From assembly GCA_051294905.1 (NCBI GenBank), contig CM119371.1, positions 14,572,001 through 14,636,000 on the forward strand: 64,000 nucleotides of DNA, read 5' to 3'. Shown here one piece after another: positions 51,145-62,895 of the stretch. Within the stretch, counting starts at the first letter, position 1; the number at the start of each line of letters is the position of its first letter. The notes below the pieces were generated by a model. That model made no database searches, was not told the DNA's origin, and saw only the letters and a program-made list of their open reading frames with translations. The position numbers and the translations under genes were made by a program. Origin of the DNA: Botryllus schlosseri. Its lineage: Eukaryota.

Positions 51145-51370
51145 GCATGATGTGCATTGTGCATATGCCGCTGGACAAGGAAGGTGCAGTATAGCCTTGT
51201 CCGGCTTTCTATGTCTCGTACCACCCCTCCATGCTATCCCTGTAATGCATGCGGGCAAGCGGAAAAGTCATGGACACCAATGTCACTAATCGGGTCTTTG
51301 GTCTGACCCGGCCGGGGATCGAACTCACGACCTACAGATCAAGAAGCATCACGCTTCATCATTACGCTGC
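51145..51370 (-). mobile_element. tRNA-derived SINE family C fragment
   Basis: Reverse complement contains GAGTTCGATCCCCGGCCGGGTCAGACCAAAGAC (B box plus post-tRNA block). Confidence 0.7.
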
Positions 51371-52659
51371 CTTGTTTACGCTATTTTGTCGAATGAGCGA
51401 AAATTTACTTTACATGATTAAAATCCCATCGATTTAACATTGATATTGTTTGTACGCTCAAAAATTGCTGAGCACAAGGAATGCATATACATGAGCATGG
51501 CTACGCTACGCGTTGTTACCTCTTTACCTGATATTTATCCTTTTCAATGTTGGGTACATGCATGACTGACAACTTTCTGTCAACTGTCACTGATTTGGCT
51601 GAACTGACACATAATTTCTGACGGTAAACTAGCTATGAACAAATCGGCATCAGTTATTTGGACTGGGCCAAATCGAGTACGTGATTGATTCGGAATCGAG
51701 TCGAGTATTTTAGTATCATTCATTTCAACGCCATAACAGCATGAATAACGTGACTCGTTAAATTATGCGCATTGTGCATTGTTTCCGACCACAAATAATA
51801 TAACCCCGGTTCTGCATCATATTAAAGGTCATTTGGTATTTTTAGAGCAGGGGTGGCCAACCCTTGTGATATTCACGGCCGCATTTCGATTTCTCGTGTA
51901 GCCTATACGGCCGCATTCCAGGGCATAGTCGTAATGAACTAACTGGGCGCCAAATGTAAATAGTTAATCTGTCCTCGTCCATTTCCAACACCGGACTAAT
52001 CTATTTATGCATGTTGGCTTACTTACTTTAAACAACGAAATCGTGAGTGGTAATGGTCATGTTATGAACAGTTACTGATGGGATTCGCCATGTTCGCGCG
52101 AAAAGCGAAAAATTTCTTATTCACTATTGAATTTCGTCATTAATATTATTAGTTTCACTTATTACCATCAAAAACTTATCCTTTCTCAGTCAATGTGAGC
52201 GGATTCACCAGTAGCCTAGAGTTGATAGAGGTGGTGTTTTCGATAATTTAGGGCAAGTTATAAATTATGATCCATCTTCGTGTGAACCAATTGTTCGTTA
52301 GTCACTTTGTTGCATGCTGTTATTTCTTGACCTCTCATCACGATTGACGGTATAGTGGACATATATCGTAATCGCCAAAACGTACCGGAAACAACCTTCC
52401 ATAGTGGTAAATAGCATTAAAACTATTATTATTGATAATATAAATCTTCGTGGCAAGGAGCGTAAAACTTCAGTACTCTCCAATCATTAGAATTCATACT
52501 CCATTCAGATTGGCGAATACTCGAATCTTTAAGCCCAGCACTGTTAGCTTGATTACATGGCTATGAGGGAGTATATTTATGTGGTCGAATTTCTTGATAC
52601 ACATCCCAACACCAACAAAAACGCAGGTGGGACTAACATTTATTTACATAGCCTACTCG

Positions 52660-53150
52660 GTAATGTATCTCGAATACTTCAATGACTTCTTTACCTCTGA
52701 ATCAAAAGCGCACAAGTACAACACACGCGCGTCCACGTCGTCCAAATATCATATGATCGACCGAAAAGATCATAGCTCTATCAAATATGCCGGACCTGAT
52801 GTGTGGAACAGTATCCCGCCGGCCATCCGGCAGTCGACGAGCATGTCCACATTCAAGTCGAAATACAAGCAATTACTACTAAATAGATACAGTCCATCCT
52901 CAAGATTACCGGACCACGACTGACCTATCGATCGCGCTTCCCATGACATGCCGCCCTATTTCTTGTCGCTTCCTTTTTCTATACTATCTTCTTTACTTTC
53001 ATTCAGTGTGCATGCCTCCTCTTTACATCACCTAGGCCAAGGTGGGTGTCCGATTGCATAGACAACTCCTAGTCGCTTCGACATCTTCCTTTCTTTTCAT
53101 TGTATCGCATTTTTTGTGGTGTATTGAACTGATAAAATTGCTAATAAACC
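52660..53150 (+). mobile_element. 5'-truncated LINE (CR1/L2 group) ORF2 C-terminus and 3' UTR
   Basis: HKYNTRAS...SIKYAGPDVWNSIPPAIRQSTSMSTFKSKYKQLL; pyrimidine-rich UTR, AATAAA at about 53143. Confidence 0.85.
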
Positions 53151-55693
53151 AATGCTGAGAGTATGTGACCGGTGGACCGTATGTCCGAGGCGCCTACAGG
53201 AAAGAGAGCTTCATAGTATAAAAAATGCTACCAATTTCCCACAATGGGGAATCTATTTTTGTAGTTTCTTGACGCAAATAGTGTAAGGTCAGTGTGAACT
53301 TAACGATCTTTATAAACGTAATTACCACCCGACCCGAATAGCATTTGCTTCTCAAGCCGCAAAACGACGCAACGCAACTAATTCCTGCGTTATATGAGTT
53401 CATTCACCCAGTGGTAAGGAAGCATTTAGTGACGCTCTATACTTCGCTGTTACTTACAATGGCGTATAGCATTGCATTGTGGAACAAAACATTCGTTAAT
53501 TGATATCCGGGAAGATGCTAGTCCGTAAATACGGTCTGTGAAGTGAACAGAGATAGGGAGAAAGTCAGAAAATATAGCAAAAACAGAGGTGATCAAATTA
53601 GTCATCGTTTGTACTCAAAAAGAAGCGGAAGCGGGAGTAATAATTACTAATAGAAGTAATGATTTCCAAGGCAAGTCAAAACTACTACAAGTGAAAGGGC
53701 TGCTGCAAATAACACAAGTAGGCAGTTTCAAAACGTCAATTTGGTCAAGTCATATATATAGCATTCGATGTAAGGCGATACGTTCGATATGACAAGGGTG
53801 TATCTTTGCGACTAACGAAAAATGATTAAAGGCACAACAAATTGGTGCAGTTTTCGCAATGATATTCAGTTATCGTCATACACGGGGTCCATTTCGCCCG
53901 GTAACTATGACAAGTTCGTTTATAGAGGTAACGGAATCATATCCCAGAACCACTGTATATGTTATAAAATCCAAAGTCCTAAAAAGGATTCGTTTTTCAA
54001 GCCTGCGAATCCTGCTTGAGTACTGAGAAAAAAGCAGAAGTGCTATGCTATACTCACCACCTCTGTTTTTGTAACGTATTGACGCGTAATGACGTCTCTA
54101 GTCTATTACAGTAGTAACAGAAAATACGACAGTGGTGCGTATACAACCAGGTTTGGGCCATCGAAGAGTTATTACATTTCATTCCTCTCATTCTGTAATA
54201 GGCGGTGCGGAAACGTGAAGGGTGGCAGCTCACGCGAATTGTAACACGAACCTCCAATCTCCCTGTCGTTGCTTTTAATTTTCTCGAACCTGTCAGGAGC
54301 CGGTATAAGAGACGCGTGTGTAGTGTACTGTATGATGTGTTGCGTATTTCCGCGATTCCCGTCATTATTAAGAGTCCCTGGTTGTTTGGTAGCGCGTATG
54401 GAAAGCAAGATAAGAAAGACGTTCGTAATACGTTAGTTAGCGGTATTTGTTGCGTGTGATATCGTGTGTCGCGTATTGTTGTAAGTTATTTAACTTCATA
54501 ACTTCAACATAAAGATATCTGGTTAAATTTGCATCGGCGTGCTCATGCCATCAGGTTTATAATGATTGGCCCCAGAATAAGTGCGCAGTTGTGACTGTCA
54601 CGTTAAGACATGGAAGACATAAGTAATTAAGTATACAAATTACAATGTCAGACTTGTACGGACGTACTTTCGCTTCTAACATAAGCGATTCTGTTTCCCC
54701 GCCGCTTCCACCACTGGCCTGTTCCAAGCGTTTGTGAAGCAATCATGATGATTTTAAACGTCTGGCTTGGTCAGAAAGAGTAGTGGAGATAGTTTTCTTC
54801 AATTTCAGCACTGAACCGTTTTTATGCATTTCTGTATATACGTAATTCCATGAGGCTCGACTATTTAGGTTTGGAACCCAGGCCTATGAGCGAGCTCCAT
54901 GGTATCGGTTATTGCACTCTTTACAAATTGGACGAGCGGAACAATCGTGTGCGGATCCGATAATAGGCATTCCACGAATGAAACGACTCTCTCACGTTCA
55001 GCTATGATGTAAAATAACTGCATCTGGTGATCTCATCGTGGACATGATAGTAAAATGTTCGGCAGTTCCTGGTACACTACACGTTTACCAAAAGCCATTA
55101 TCATGTTAACCAACGCGATTTGGTGTGAGTTGAATTATAAGTCAAATTGTGATATTAGCTTAACGGTTTACACCCTGTATAACGGTAAGATAATGTACTA
55201 TCTAATTTCGTTCTTATTTACGTCCCCATCAGTCCCTCTGCAACAGTCACGAAGACGTGGCTTGCGATTTTGAAGGTAATACCTTGCTACGACCTACGAA
55301 TACGTCTCAATGTACTTCCAAAACCTACTTCAATACTTCTCGTACCGATCGACTTTGTCTCCCACTTAAATTAGTTCTGACAGAAATTGATAATAGCTAT
55401 CTTTACTTGTATGTAATTAGAAATTTATGGCATTACCTGTGCTTGCACTTGAGATTCAACCATGACTACCTCTAGCAAGCATATCTCTACGTATACATAC
55501 TTATTAGAATGTGACTAGGAATAGGCTAAACGATTCGAGTCGAGTAATCAGAGTAGATATATTCGAGTAACCAAATGCTACGCCCTCCAGACTATGAGTT
55601 GTTTTTATCAGCGGAAACTATAGTTTATTTTTAATGCGTTGGCTTGATGACCTCTATTCGCCGCTGAACAAAACTGGGAGTAGTCATGTATAC

Positions 55694-56271
55694 CAGTGGT
55701 TCCCAATCTCTTTGAACTCGCGGACCGGTGAACCTTCCAAAATCTGAATTACCCCAAAATTTAATTACGACAGATGCATGCAATTCAAATGTAATATTAG
55801 AAACTTCTTAATGCTGCCTTTTTGCATGTTGACACGTGGTGCAATTGAATTTTCTGTCAAAAGTGCTTTTAGAAGACTTCTAACTGAAATTACTCGGTAT
55901 CGGCTGAGAGAAAGCAACTTTACTGTCTGTTATAGCCAAGTATCAATTAATTTCATCGTCAGAATTTAACGAAGTATATTTAAAAGCCTCCGTAGCTTTC
56001 ACATGTAACTTGTCCGGAACGAGTTGTAGGCGGTTTCCTAGTACACTTGGACCATTGAGACGTGCGCCCAAAGTAGAACTTGAACTTTATTGCCACGCCA
56101 CGCAGGAAAATGCGTTCGGAACTGCTAAATCAATTTCAGAATTGATGTTTTATTTCTATAATTATTGGGCAAAGGTCCAAATTCTTGCATTTTGGAATTA
56201 ATATTAATGATTCAAATATACTTGGCGGACCGACAGGAAACTTGCCACGGACCGGTGGTTGAGAACCACTG
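55694..56271 (+). mobile_element. CAGTGGTT-family hAT MITE upstream of the G-alpha ORF
   Basis: TIR CAGTGGTTC.CAA; near-TSD ATGTATAC/ATGTTAAC; related copy at about 58215-58820. Confidence 0.82.
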
Positions 56272-56651
56272 ATGTTAACGAAATCCCGGTGAAACAGTGA
56301 CCTGCCCGCAGCATATAGTAATTTTCGTATTAATGTCAAAATTAATTATGAGGACTGAAGACTTGCATTATTTTCTTTGTGGCCATCAATAGGTACGCGA
56401 AATTGCTAATCATTAATAATAACAATATTCCCGACTATTTAAGCCTAATACCCGACTTGGAATCGAATCATTCGGGTGTTGGTTTCGCCCAGCCCTTGTG
56501 TTTGCCGCAACCTAGCCGGTCATCTTTATGTGGCTATTCTTCCGCTCGGCGTACTTGCTAATTTTTAATCATATCCGATAACCTACAAATGATAATCCAA
56601 TTGCAGTACTCGCGTAGTTACTGTCTTTGTGCTATTGTAGCGTTGAAGGTA

Positions 56652-57716
56652 ATGGGATTATGTTGCCTGTCTGAAAAGCGAGATGATGATATCATAAACA
56701 CACGGATTAACAGCCAAATCAGAAGAAGCAGAAGGCGAGATAGGAGAGAAATGAAGCTTCTCTTACTGGGCGCGGGTGAAAGCGGCAAAAGCACGTTCCT
56801 CAAGCAGATGCGTATCATACACGGAAATGGATACAGCGATTCAGAAAAACGAAAATTCATCCATCTAATATACCGCAATATTCTCAATTCCATCCGCGAC
56901 CTGATAACAGCCATGTCTACTCTCCAAGTGCAGTATAGCAACTCTGACAATGTCGAGATAGCCGATACCATACTAGAGACCGGGACAAGTGAGGTGGACA
57001 CGCATGAACAGTTTCTATGCTATGTCGAACAGATTCAAGGTCTTTGGAGTGACGCAGGCATGCAGCGATGTTACAAACGACGACAGGAATATCAATTATC
57101 CGACTCGACTTCGTATTATCTCAACAGACTTGACGCCGTAAAGATGGCGAACTTTATTCCTACCGAGCAGGACATCCTCAGAGTCAGAGTGCCTACGACT
57201 GGTATCGTGGAATATAACTTCTCAGTAAAGTCGATACCTTTCAGGATGATAGACGTGGGAGGTCAGAGGTCGGAGAGGCGGAAATGGATTCATTGTTTCG
57301 AGGGCGTGGACTCGATGTTATTTTTAGTGGCGTTGAGCGGATACGACCAGACGCTAACGGAATCGAAGCAGTGCAATCGCCTGGAGGAGAGCATAGCTCT
57401 ATTCAAAACCATCGCGTACTACCCGCTTTTCCGGCACATGCCGTTTATACTTTTCTTCAACAAGAAGGACTTATTCGAGGACAAAATCATGGTGTCAAAC
57501 CTCGTTGACTACTTCCCCGATTACACAGGGCCGGAGAAAAACAAGTCGGCGGCGCGGCGTTTTATTAGGAAGAAATTCACGGATATCAATGAGGGCTCCG
57601 AACGAAATTTATACAGTCATTTCACGTGCGCGACGGACACTGAAAATATACGCGCGGTGTTCGAAGACGTGAAAGACAGCATCGTGCAATGTAACTTGGA
57701 GCAATGTCAAATTTGA
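56652..57716 (+). CDS. GNAQ-like: Heterotrimeric G-protein alpha subunit, Gq-derived, no coding introns, 354 aa
   Basis: Start MGLCCLSE (the track's ATG at 56589 adds non-homologous sequence). G1 GAGESGKST, G2 DILRVRVPTTGIVEY, G3 DVGGQRSERRKWIHCFE, G4 NKKD, G5 HFTCATDTENIR. RREYQLSDS-like and SNLVDYFP motifs are Gq-type. Confidence 0.95.
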   Translation: MGLCCLSEKRDDDIINTRINSQIRRSRRRDRREMKLLLLGAGESGKSTFLKQMRIIHGNGYSDSEKRKFIHLIYRNILNSIRDLITAMSTLQVQYSNSDNVEIADTILETGTSEVDTHEQFLCYVEQIQGLWSDAGMQRCYKRRQEYQLSDSTSYYLNRLDAVKMANFIPTEQDILRVRVPTTGIVEYNFSVKSIPFRMIDVGGQRSERRKWIHCFEGVDSMLFLVALSGYDQTLTESKQCNRLEESIALFKTIAYYPLFRHMPFILFFNKKDLFEDKIMVSNLVDYFPDYTGPEKNKSAARRFIRKKFTDINEGSERNLYSHFTCATDTENIRAVFEDVKDSIVQCNLEQCQI

Positions 57717-57809
57717 TAACTTTCTTGCGGTCGATTTAAACCCGTGGTCAAGCCATTCGTGCTGGGTTGTTGCCACTGTCAACTCATTACCAGCAGTGGC
57801 AGAGGTGAT

Positions 57810-58068
57810 GACAAGATAGCGTAGTTGTATAATCCACAGCTGCGACACCAGTGGGTTGCGGTTTTGGGTCCCACCGAGGTCGGATCCATAATTCCTACCT
57901 AAGTGTGGGGTGTTTATCTAGGCTCCTCCTAGTTATCTTCTCCGTGTAAGCGGCGTCTTATAAAGTCCTAGAATATGGCCGTGCTACGAAAAGAAATGAA
58001 GAAAATTGGTCTGGTGTAAATGCGAATAGTAGCTGAAAAACACCTTGAATACCACAAACAACAACCAG
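57810..58068 (+). mobile_element. SINE family A copy just 3' of the G-alpha stop
   Basis: Aligns with 21105-21405. Confidence 0.8.
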
Positions 58069-58214
58069 CAATGATTGACTCAGTACCGTAATTTGAGTAG
58101 TGCAATATCCAGTATCTGACTGATACTAATCGAGTTTCAAGCGTCGATTCGAGTCTAGTTTTCGAAGACCAATAGTTTAGAGACGCTATATATAGTAAAC
58201 GCCATTGCCCTACA

Positions 58215-58820
58215 TCAGTGGTTCTCAAGCTTTCTGACCTCGCGGACTGGAAAATCTTCAAAACAAATGATGTGGGCCAGGGAACCTTCAGAAATCAAAA
58301 TTAACCCTGAATATAATCACAACACGTGTATGCAATTAAAATGTACTATTGGAAACTTCATTTAATGCTGCATTTAAAACATTAGATATGTATGCGTGGC
58401 TCTATTGAAGCTTCTACAAGGCCAGGCTCGTGAAGTTCTGTTAAATACCACTGACTTGATTGTGACTGCTCGGTATCTTTTGAAAGAAATGCGACAACTG
58501 TTCGCTATATTAGCCTCTATTATACTGCCAAGTATCGCTTCATTATTTTGTCGATTTTAAAGAGATTTCTTTACATATAACTTCACACATAACTTGTCCG
58601 AAACCAGTCGTAGACCATGGACTATCTATTACGACATCGTGCACAAAAATACTTATAAACTTCTAAATCGATTTAAATTTTATGTTTTATTTCTGTAATT
58701 AATGGACAAGCATCCAACTTCTTGCATTTTGCAATTGAGACATAAAATTCTATTATGTTTGGGTGACCGGCAGGATATTTGACATGGACCGGCACAGGTC
58801 GGCTGTTGTGAACCATCTGC
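58215..58820 (+). mobile_element. CAGTGGTT-family hAT MITE downstream of the G-alpha ORF
   Basis: Collinear similarity to 55694-56271; right TIR degenerate. Confidence 0.75.
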
Positions 58821-58976
58821 GGACAGTATTTCGGTAGTACTATATTGTTCTCGATTGTCGCGTTAGCCAAGTCGAATACCATGTCACGTTTAGTATACGT
58901 AGCATATTTGTCTTTGTATATGAGTAAAAATAGGCAATGCGTTTGTTGATGAATCATTTCTTGACCACGTTGTGAC

Positions 58977-59992
58977 CAATGTTCCCTCTAAGCTGCGCAC
59001 GTGCGCAAATGCGCAGTGCTGAAACGGTCTCTGCGCACAGAAAATCTAGGCTACGCACAAAAAATCCGAAGTGATGACATTTTTTTTAATCGTTGCGCAC
59101 TCCAGTCCAGGACACCGCGCAGGCGCTCAGACTCGGGAAAAATGAGAGGGAACATTGCCAGGGGTAAATAGTGCTATCGCTGAAGTCTGAAACCGAGGTA
59201 GGCCTACAAGTGCGGCCCGAAAAGGCAAATATTGCGCTCCGCGAAGCAATGAGAATTTGCAATCGTGTGCGACTCACGAAAGAGATTTTTCTTTTACTAT
59301 ATGGTATCGTACGCGTGAGCGATACTGATATCATATCAAGCGCAATCCTTCGTGGGAATGGCGAAATAACATGGTTTAAAAAAGTTATAAATAACAATGG
59401 GCTAGCTCGAAATTAACTGCGAGAAACTAACGAATAGTCTTCTCCGCGTGGCATGAATATTGTGTAAGATTTACTGTACAATTACATGCCGCGAATTTTT
59501 GAAGTCATCACTTCCATCAGGCGAGTCTGATCACGTATGGTGATATAGGATAATATGCAGAATATGCAAGTACAGGCACCAATATTGTTGAAAAAAATCC
59601 ATCCCTTTGCAAACGTTGATCGGGAAATGCAGCAACTATATGCACTGTAGGGCGTTGCATTAGATCAGCTTCTCAATGATTACGTGAGCAGAGACAGGAT
59701 TAAAATTGATAGAAATATATGCAATTCCCGATGATATTGACCGATTTGATCATGAATTCTAGAAATTTTTCGCGCTCCGCGCGTTTAGCCGGAACGCCCA
59801 CTAAACGAAGACCAGACATAGATGATTAGCAGCGGTGAAAAGCATGTAGCCTGAGGGGGGTCTGGGGGGCTTAGCCCCCCAGAAGTTCGGTTTATCACCC
59901 TATGGGGGGCCTGGTTGCGCACTGTTGTCCAAGGGCCTGCGCAGTGAGTTGGCGTATTTGCGCAGACTCGAGAAAAATTAGAGGGAACATTG
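58977..59992. mobile_element. Non-autonomous hAT-type element with an internal extra right end
   Basis: TIR CAATGTTCCCTCTAA, TSD GTTGTGAC; a second GAGGGAACATTG ends at 59157. Confidence 0.92.
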
Positions 59993-61980
59993 GTTGTGAC
60001 ATCGTAGCAATGTTAAGTCAATGGTGATGCCTATTTTGCATTTGTCTACCTCAAAATATTCTATTGTTCATGTCCTTGATGCGTGATTGTTTTCCTGCAT
60101 CCTATCAGTATTCTGTATCCATGCAAGACCATGCAAGTCGATTGCACAGATACACATAATCCGTGTTCAGAGCATGGCTTCAGAAAAGCGTCCTCATGCA
60201 ATAATACTGGATCTTTCGGCTCCCCAGCCTATGTCACTGTCACACGTGTCACATAAAATATATTGACTAGCAGCAACATACTTTCCAACATTCTATCATA
60301 TTTTTCGATCCAAGTAGCAGAATGTTAAGTCGCTGAGTGTTAAATGTTCATTTTCAATACAGTCATGCTGTCATCCACGTAATCTGTGTGTTGCAAGTTG
60401 CTTGAGAGTAATCTACAAGAATTAGGGTTGTCCCGCTAAATACCAAGTCGCTGTGCTGCCTGGGGGCTTTGTGTCGCACAGCAACGTCAACTATGAGACG
60501 TTATATCAAGGTCTTCCGAATATCATTATAACGTAGGTTGAAAATGTTGAATGTTCTGGGGGATAGGACGATGCGATGCGGTGATTTGGGGGACAACCAT
60601 TTCGACCCCAGAACATACCAAGGCATATCTAGTTTCGGTAAACCGAGATCATTTATATATTTCAAGCGTAGATTGGTATTCAATATTCGTCAGATTATAT
60701 TTTCCTCTGCCCAAGACATACACACAATGTACAATGCGATATACAAGACACACGATGCGATGTAATGAGCAGCCAGGAGGTTGTCAAGCGAACATTTGCG
60801 GTCTCTTAGACTAGCATCCACCTCCGCCTACTGCCTTATGTTACAGTCTTCTTCGATGTTAATCTTTCTTCGTCGCTATTTCCTGCTCTTTATTTCTTCA
60901 TCGGATCATTTTACTGAGCTTTTTCGTCGCCGTAAGAACAGCGACACGGGGGACTAGGAGCACAGAATAACTTCCATATTTCGCGGTATCGCTTGTTGGC
61001 ATCAATTGAGAGGCTCACAACCTCACACTGTACAGAAACGAAGCACTTCTGCTTTTTCGAAATGCTCAAGTAGGTTTTTCTGATACTTGCTCTACTTACT
61101 CACGTGGTCATGGTTTTCGACTACTTTCACTTGAACAGTTTTCCGAAAAAATACCTTTTTCAAGAAGTAGAAGAGACAGAAGTAGACAGTGGTTTGCGGA
61201 AAATTTCGCGATAATTTCATGAGTGAAATTGTCGAAGAAATACACTGAAATAAATCTTGTATCGACGTGACTGGATATATTGTCGAAGATTCTCTAGCAG
61301 TGGTTCCGGACCTTTTTGGATATTGGAGCCGCATTTCAAACTTCAGAGCTCGCATGGAGCTGCATGAAAACACTCGAATAGGCTACTTATAACGAAGCCT
61401 ACTTCCTGATCTAACCATCCAGCTAATTCAAAAGCATGCACATGCACATAAACTTCCACAGATACTATATCGGTTATTTTAGCATTGATAGACACAGATT
61501 GGCGAGTGCTCTACAGTGAAATAAACACAAAAAGGTAAAATGCATATCATTACTACAGCATACTATATATATATGACTAGGGTTACCATATTTTGGAATC
61601 GGACAAGGAGGACACATTTTCAAAATTTTTCAGACTTACAATACTGGAGTAAAATCTGGAAAAATGATAAATTTACCACGAAATTTTGGTTGGTGAAATA
61701 AAAACAAAAGGTCAACTTTCCGGCCCAACTCCCGAAATACAGTTTTTCAATCACATTTTTCGTTGGATGGCTAAATAAAAAGGTCGTCGCTTCCGTTCGA
61801 ACCACGAATTTACTGTTTAGCGTCGTTTGCGCCCATTTTCACTCGAGTCTATCCACCATTTTAGCTCTAGAAGCTGTAAAGTAGAACGAATTGTCAAAAG
61901 GAGGACACACAAGCGTCCTCGGAGAACATTTTCTAAAACAAGAAAAAGGAGAACAAATGCTTCTTAAGGAGGACGTAGGG

Positions 61981-62895
61981 CAGGGGTTGCCAACTCAAAA
62001 CGGGTCGCGGGCCACTTTTCAAATTTCGTAGAGGCCGCGGGCCGCATGAATTCGATATCAATGTAAAATAGGAAACCACATTCTAAAACTACGTCAGTAC
62101 AACGGTGAGCTACCTAACATAGGCGATGGGCATATTTGACCACATAAGAAGGAATACAAATACAACAAAAAATCATTATCACCAATCATATTTTATTTTG
62201 AACTGTGAGCTGTGCACGTTACCTGGAAACGCTTTTCGGCGACTAAGGAATCTATATATTAGTTCTAGCGAGAAACGTTACTAGCTGAAAGAATATCGCC
62301 ACGTAAAGCTTGATCTGGTGGGGAAGCCCTAAGCCAGTGGTCCTCAAACTTTTTTAGTGAAAAATCGTCCTATCCCAAAATGCAACCAGAATGCTAGCTA
62401 TCCCAACGTTTGATGGCATGGAAGGTCATTCATGGATGTTGATAACATAATTCTATAAGATGATTTCCGGACCAAACACTAGCAATAACTATGAAATAGA
62501 TGCAAAAAAATTTTCAATTGAGCGCATCTCCGCCTCCCCTTCAGATGCTGTCGCGCCCCCCAGTTTGGGAACCACTGCCCTAAGCCGTTTTCTATGCGTC
62601 TCGGTCTTGGCAGACTTTAGGCCGTTGCAAATCAAGACAATATCGCCATTCACATCAGCTGATTCCCCCTCGATGGAATGCTGTTGACATCACCACAGCC
62701 GTTTTAGCTATAATGACAAATAGTGATGTTGGGCACAAGACAATAGCTTATTTTGAAATAACAACAACATGTTGAAACTGTATAGTTAATTTCACCATTT
62801 CAAATTGGTTTTCCTATCTCAAATCAGGTCGCGGGCCGCAGAATACGACTTGGCGGGCCGCATGCGGCCCGCGGGCCGCGTGTTGGTGACCCCTG
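61981..62895. mobile_element. hAT (Charlie-like) non-autonomous element
   Basis: TIR CAGGGGT..CCAAC, TSD ACGTAGGG, GCGGGCCGC subterminal motifs. Confidence 0.9.
62335..62577. mobile_element. CAGTGGT-family MITE nested in 61981-62895
   Basis: CAGTGGTCCTCAAACT...AGTTTGGGAACCACTG, TSD CCCTAAGC. Confidence 0.9.

Noticed and set aside
56589..56651. Upstream ATG giving a 375-aa G-alpha
   Set aside because: The extension is non-homologous, spans an acceptor-like site and would mask the MGLCC lipidation start.
56618..57508. Antisense and alternate-frame ORFs in the G-alpha gene
   Set aside because: Shadows of the real ORF.
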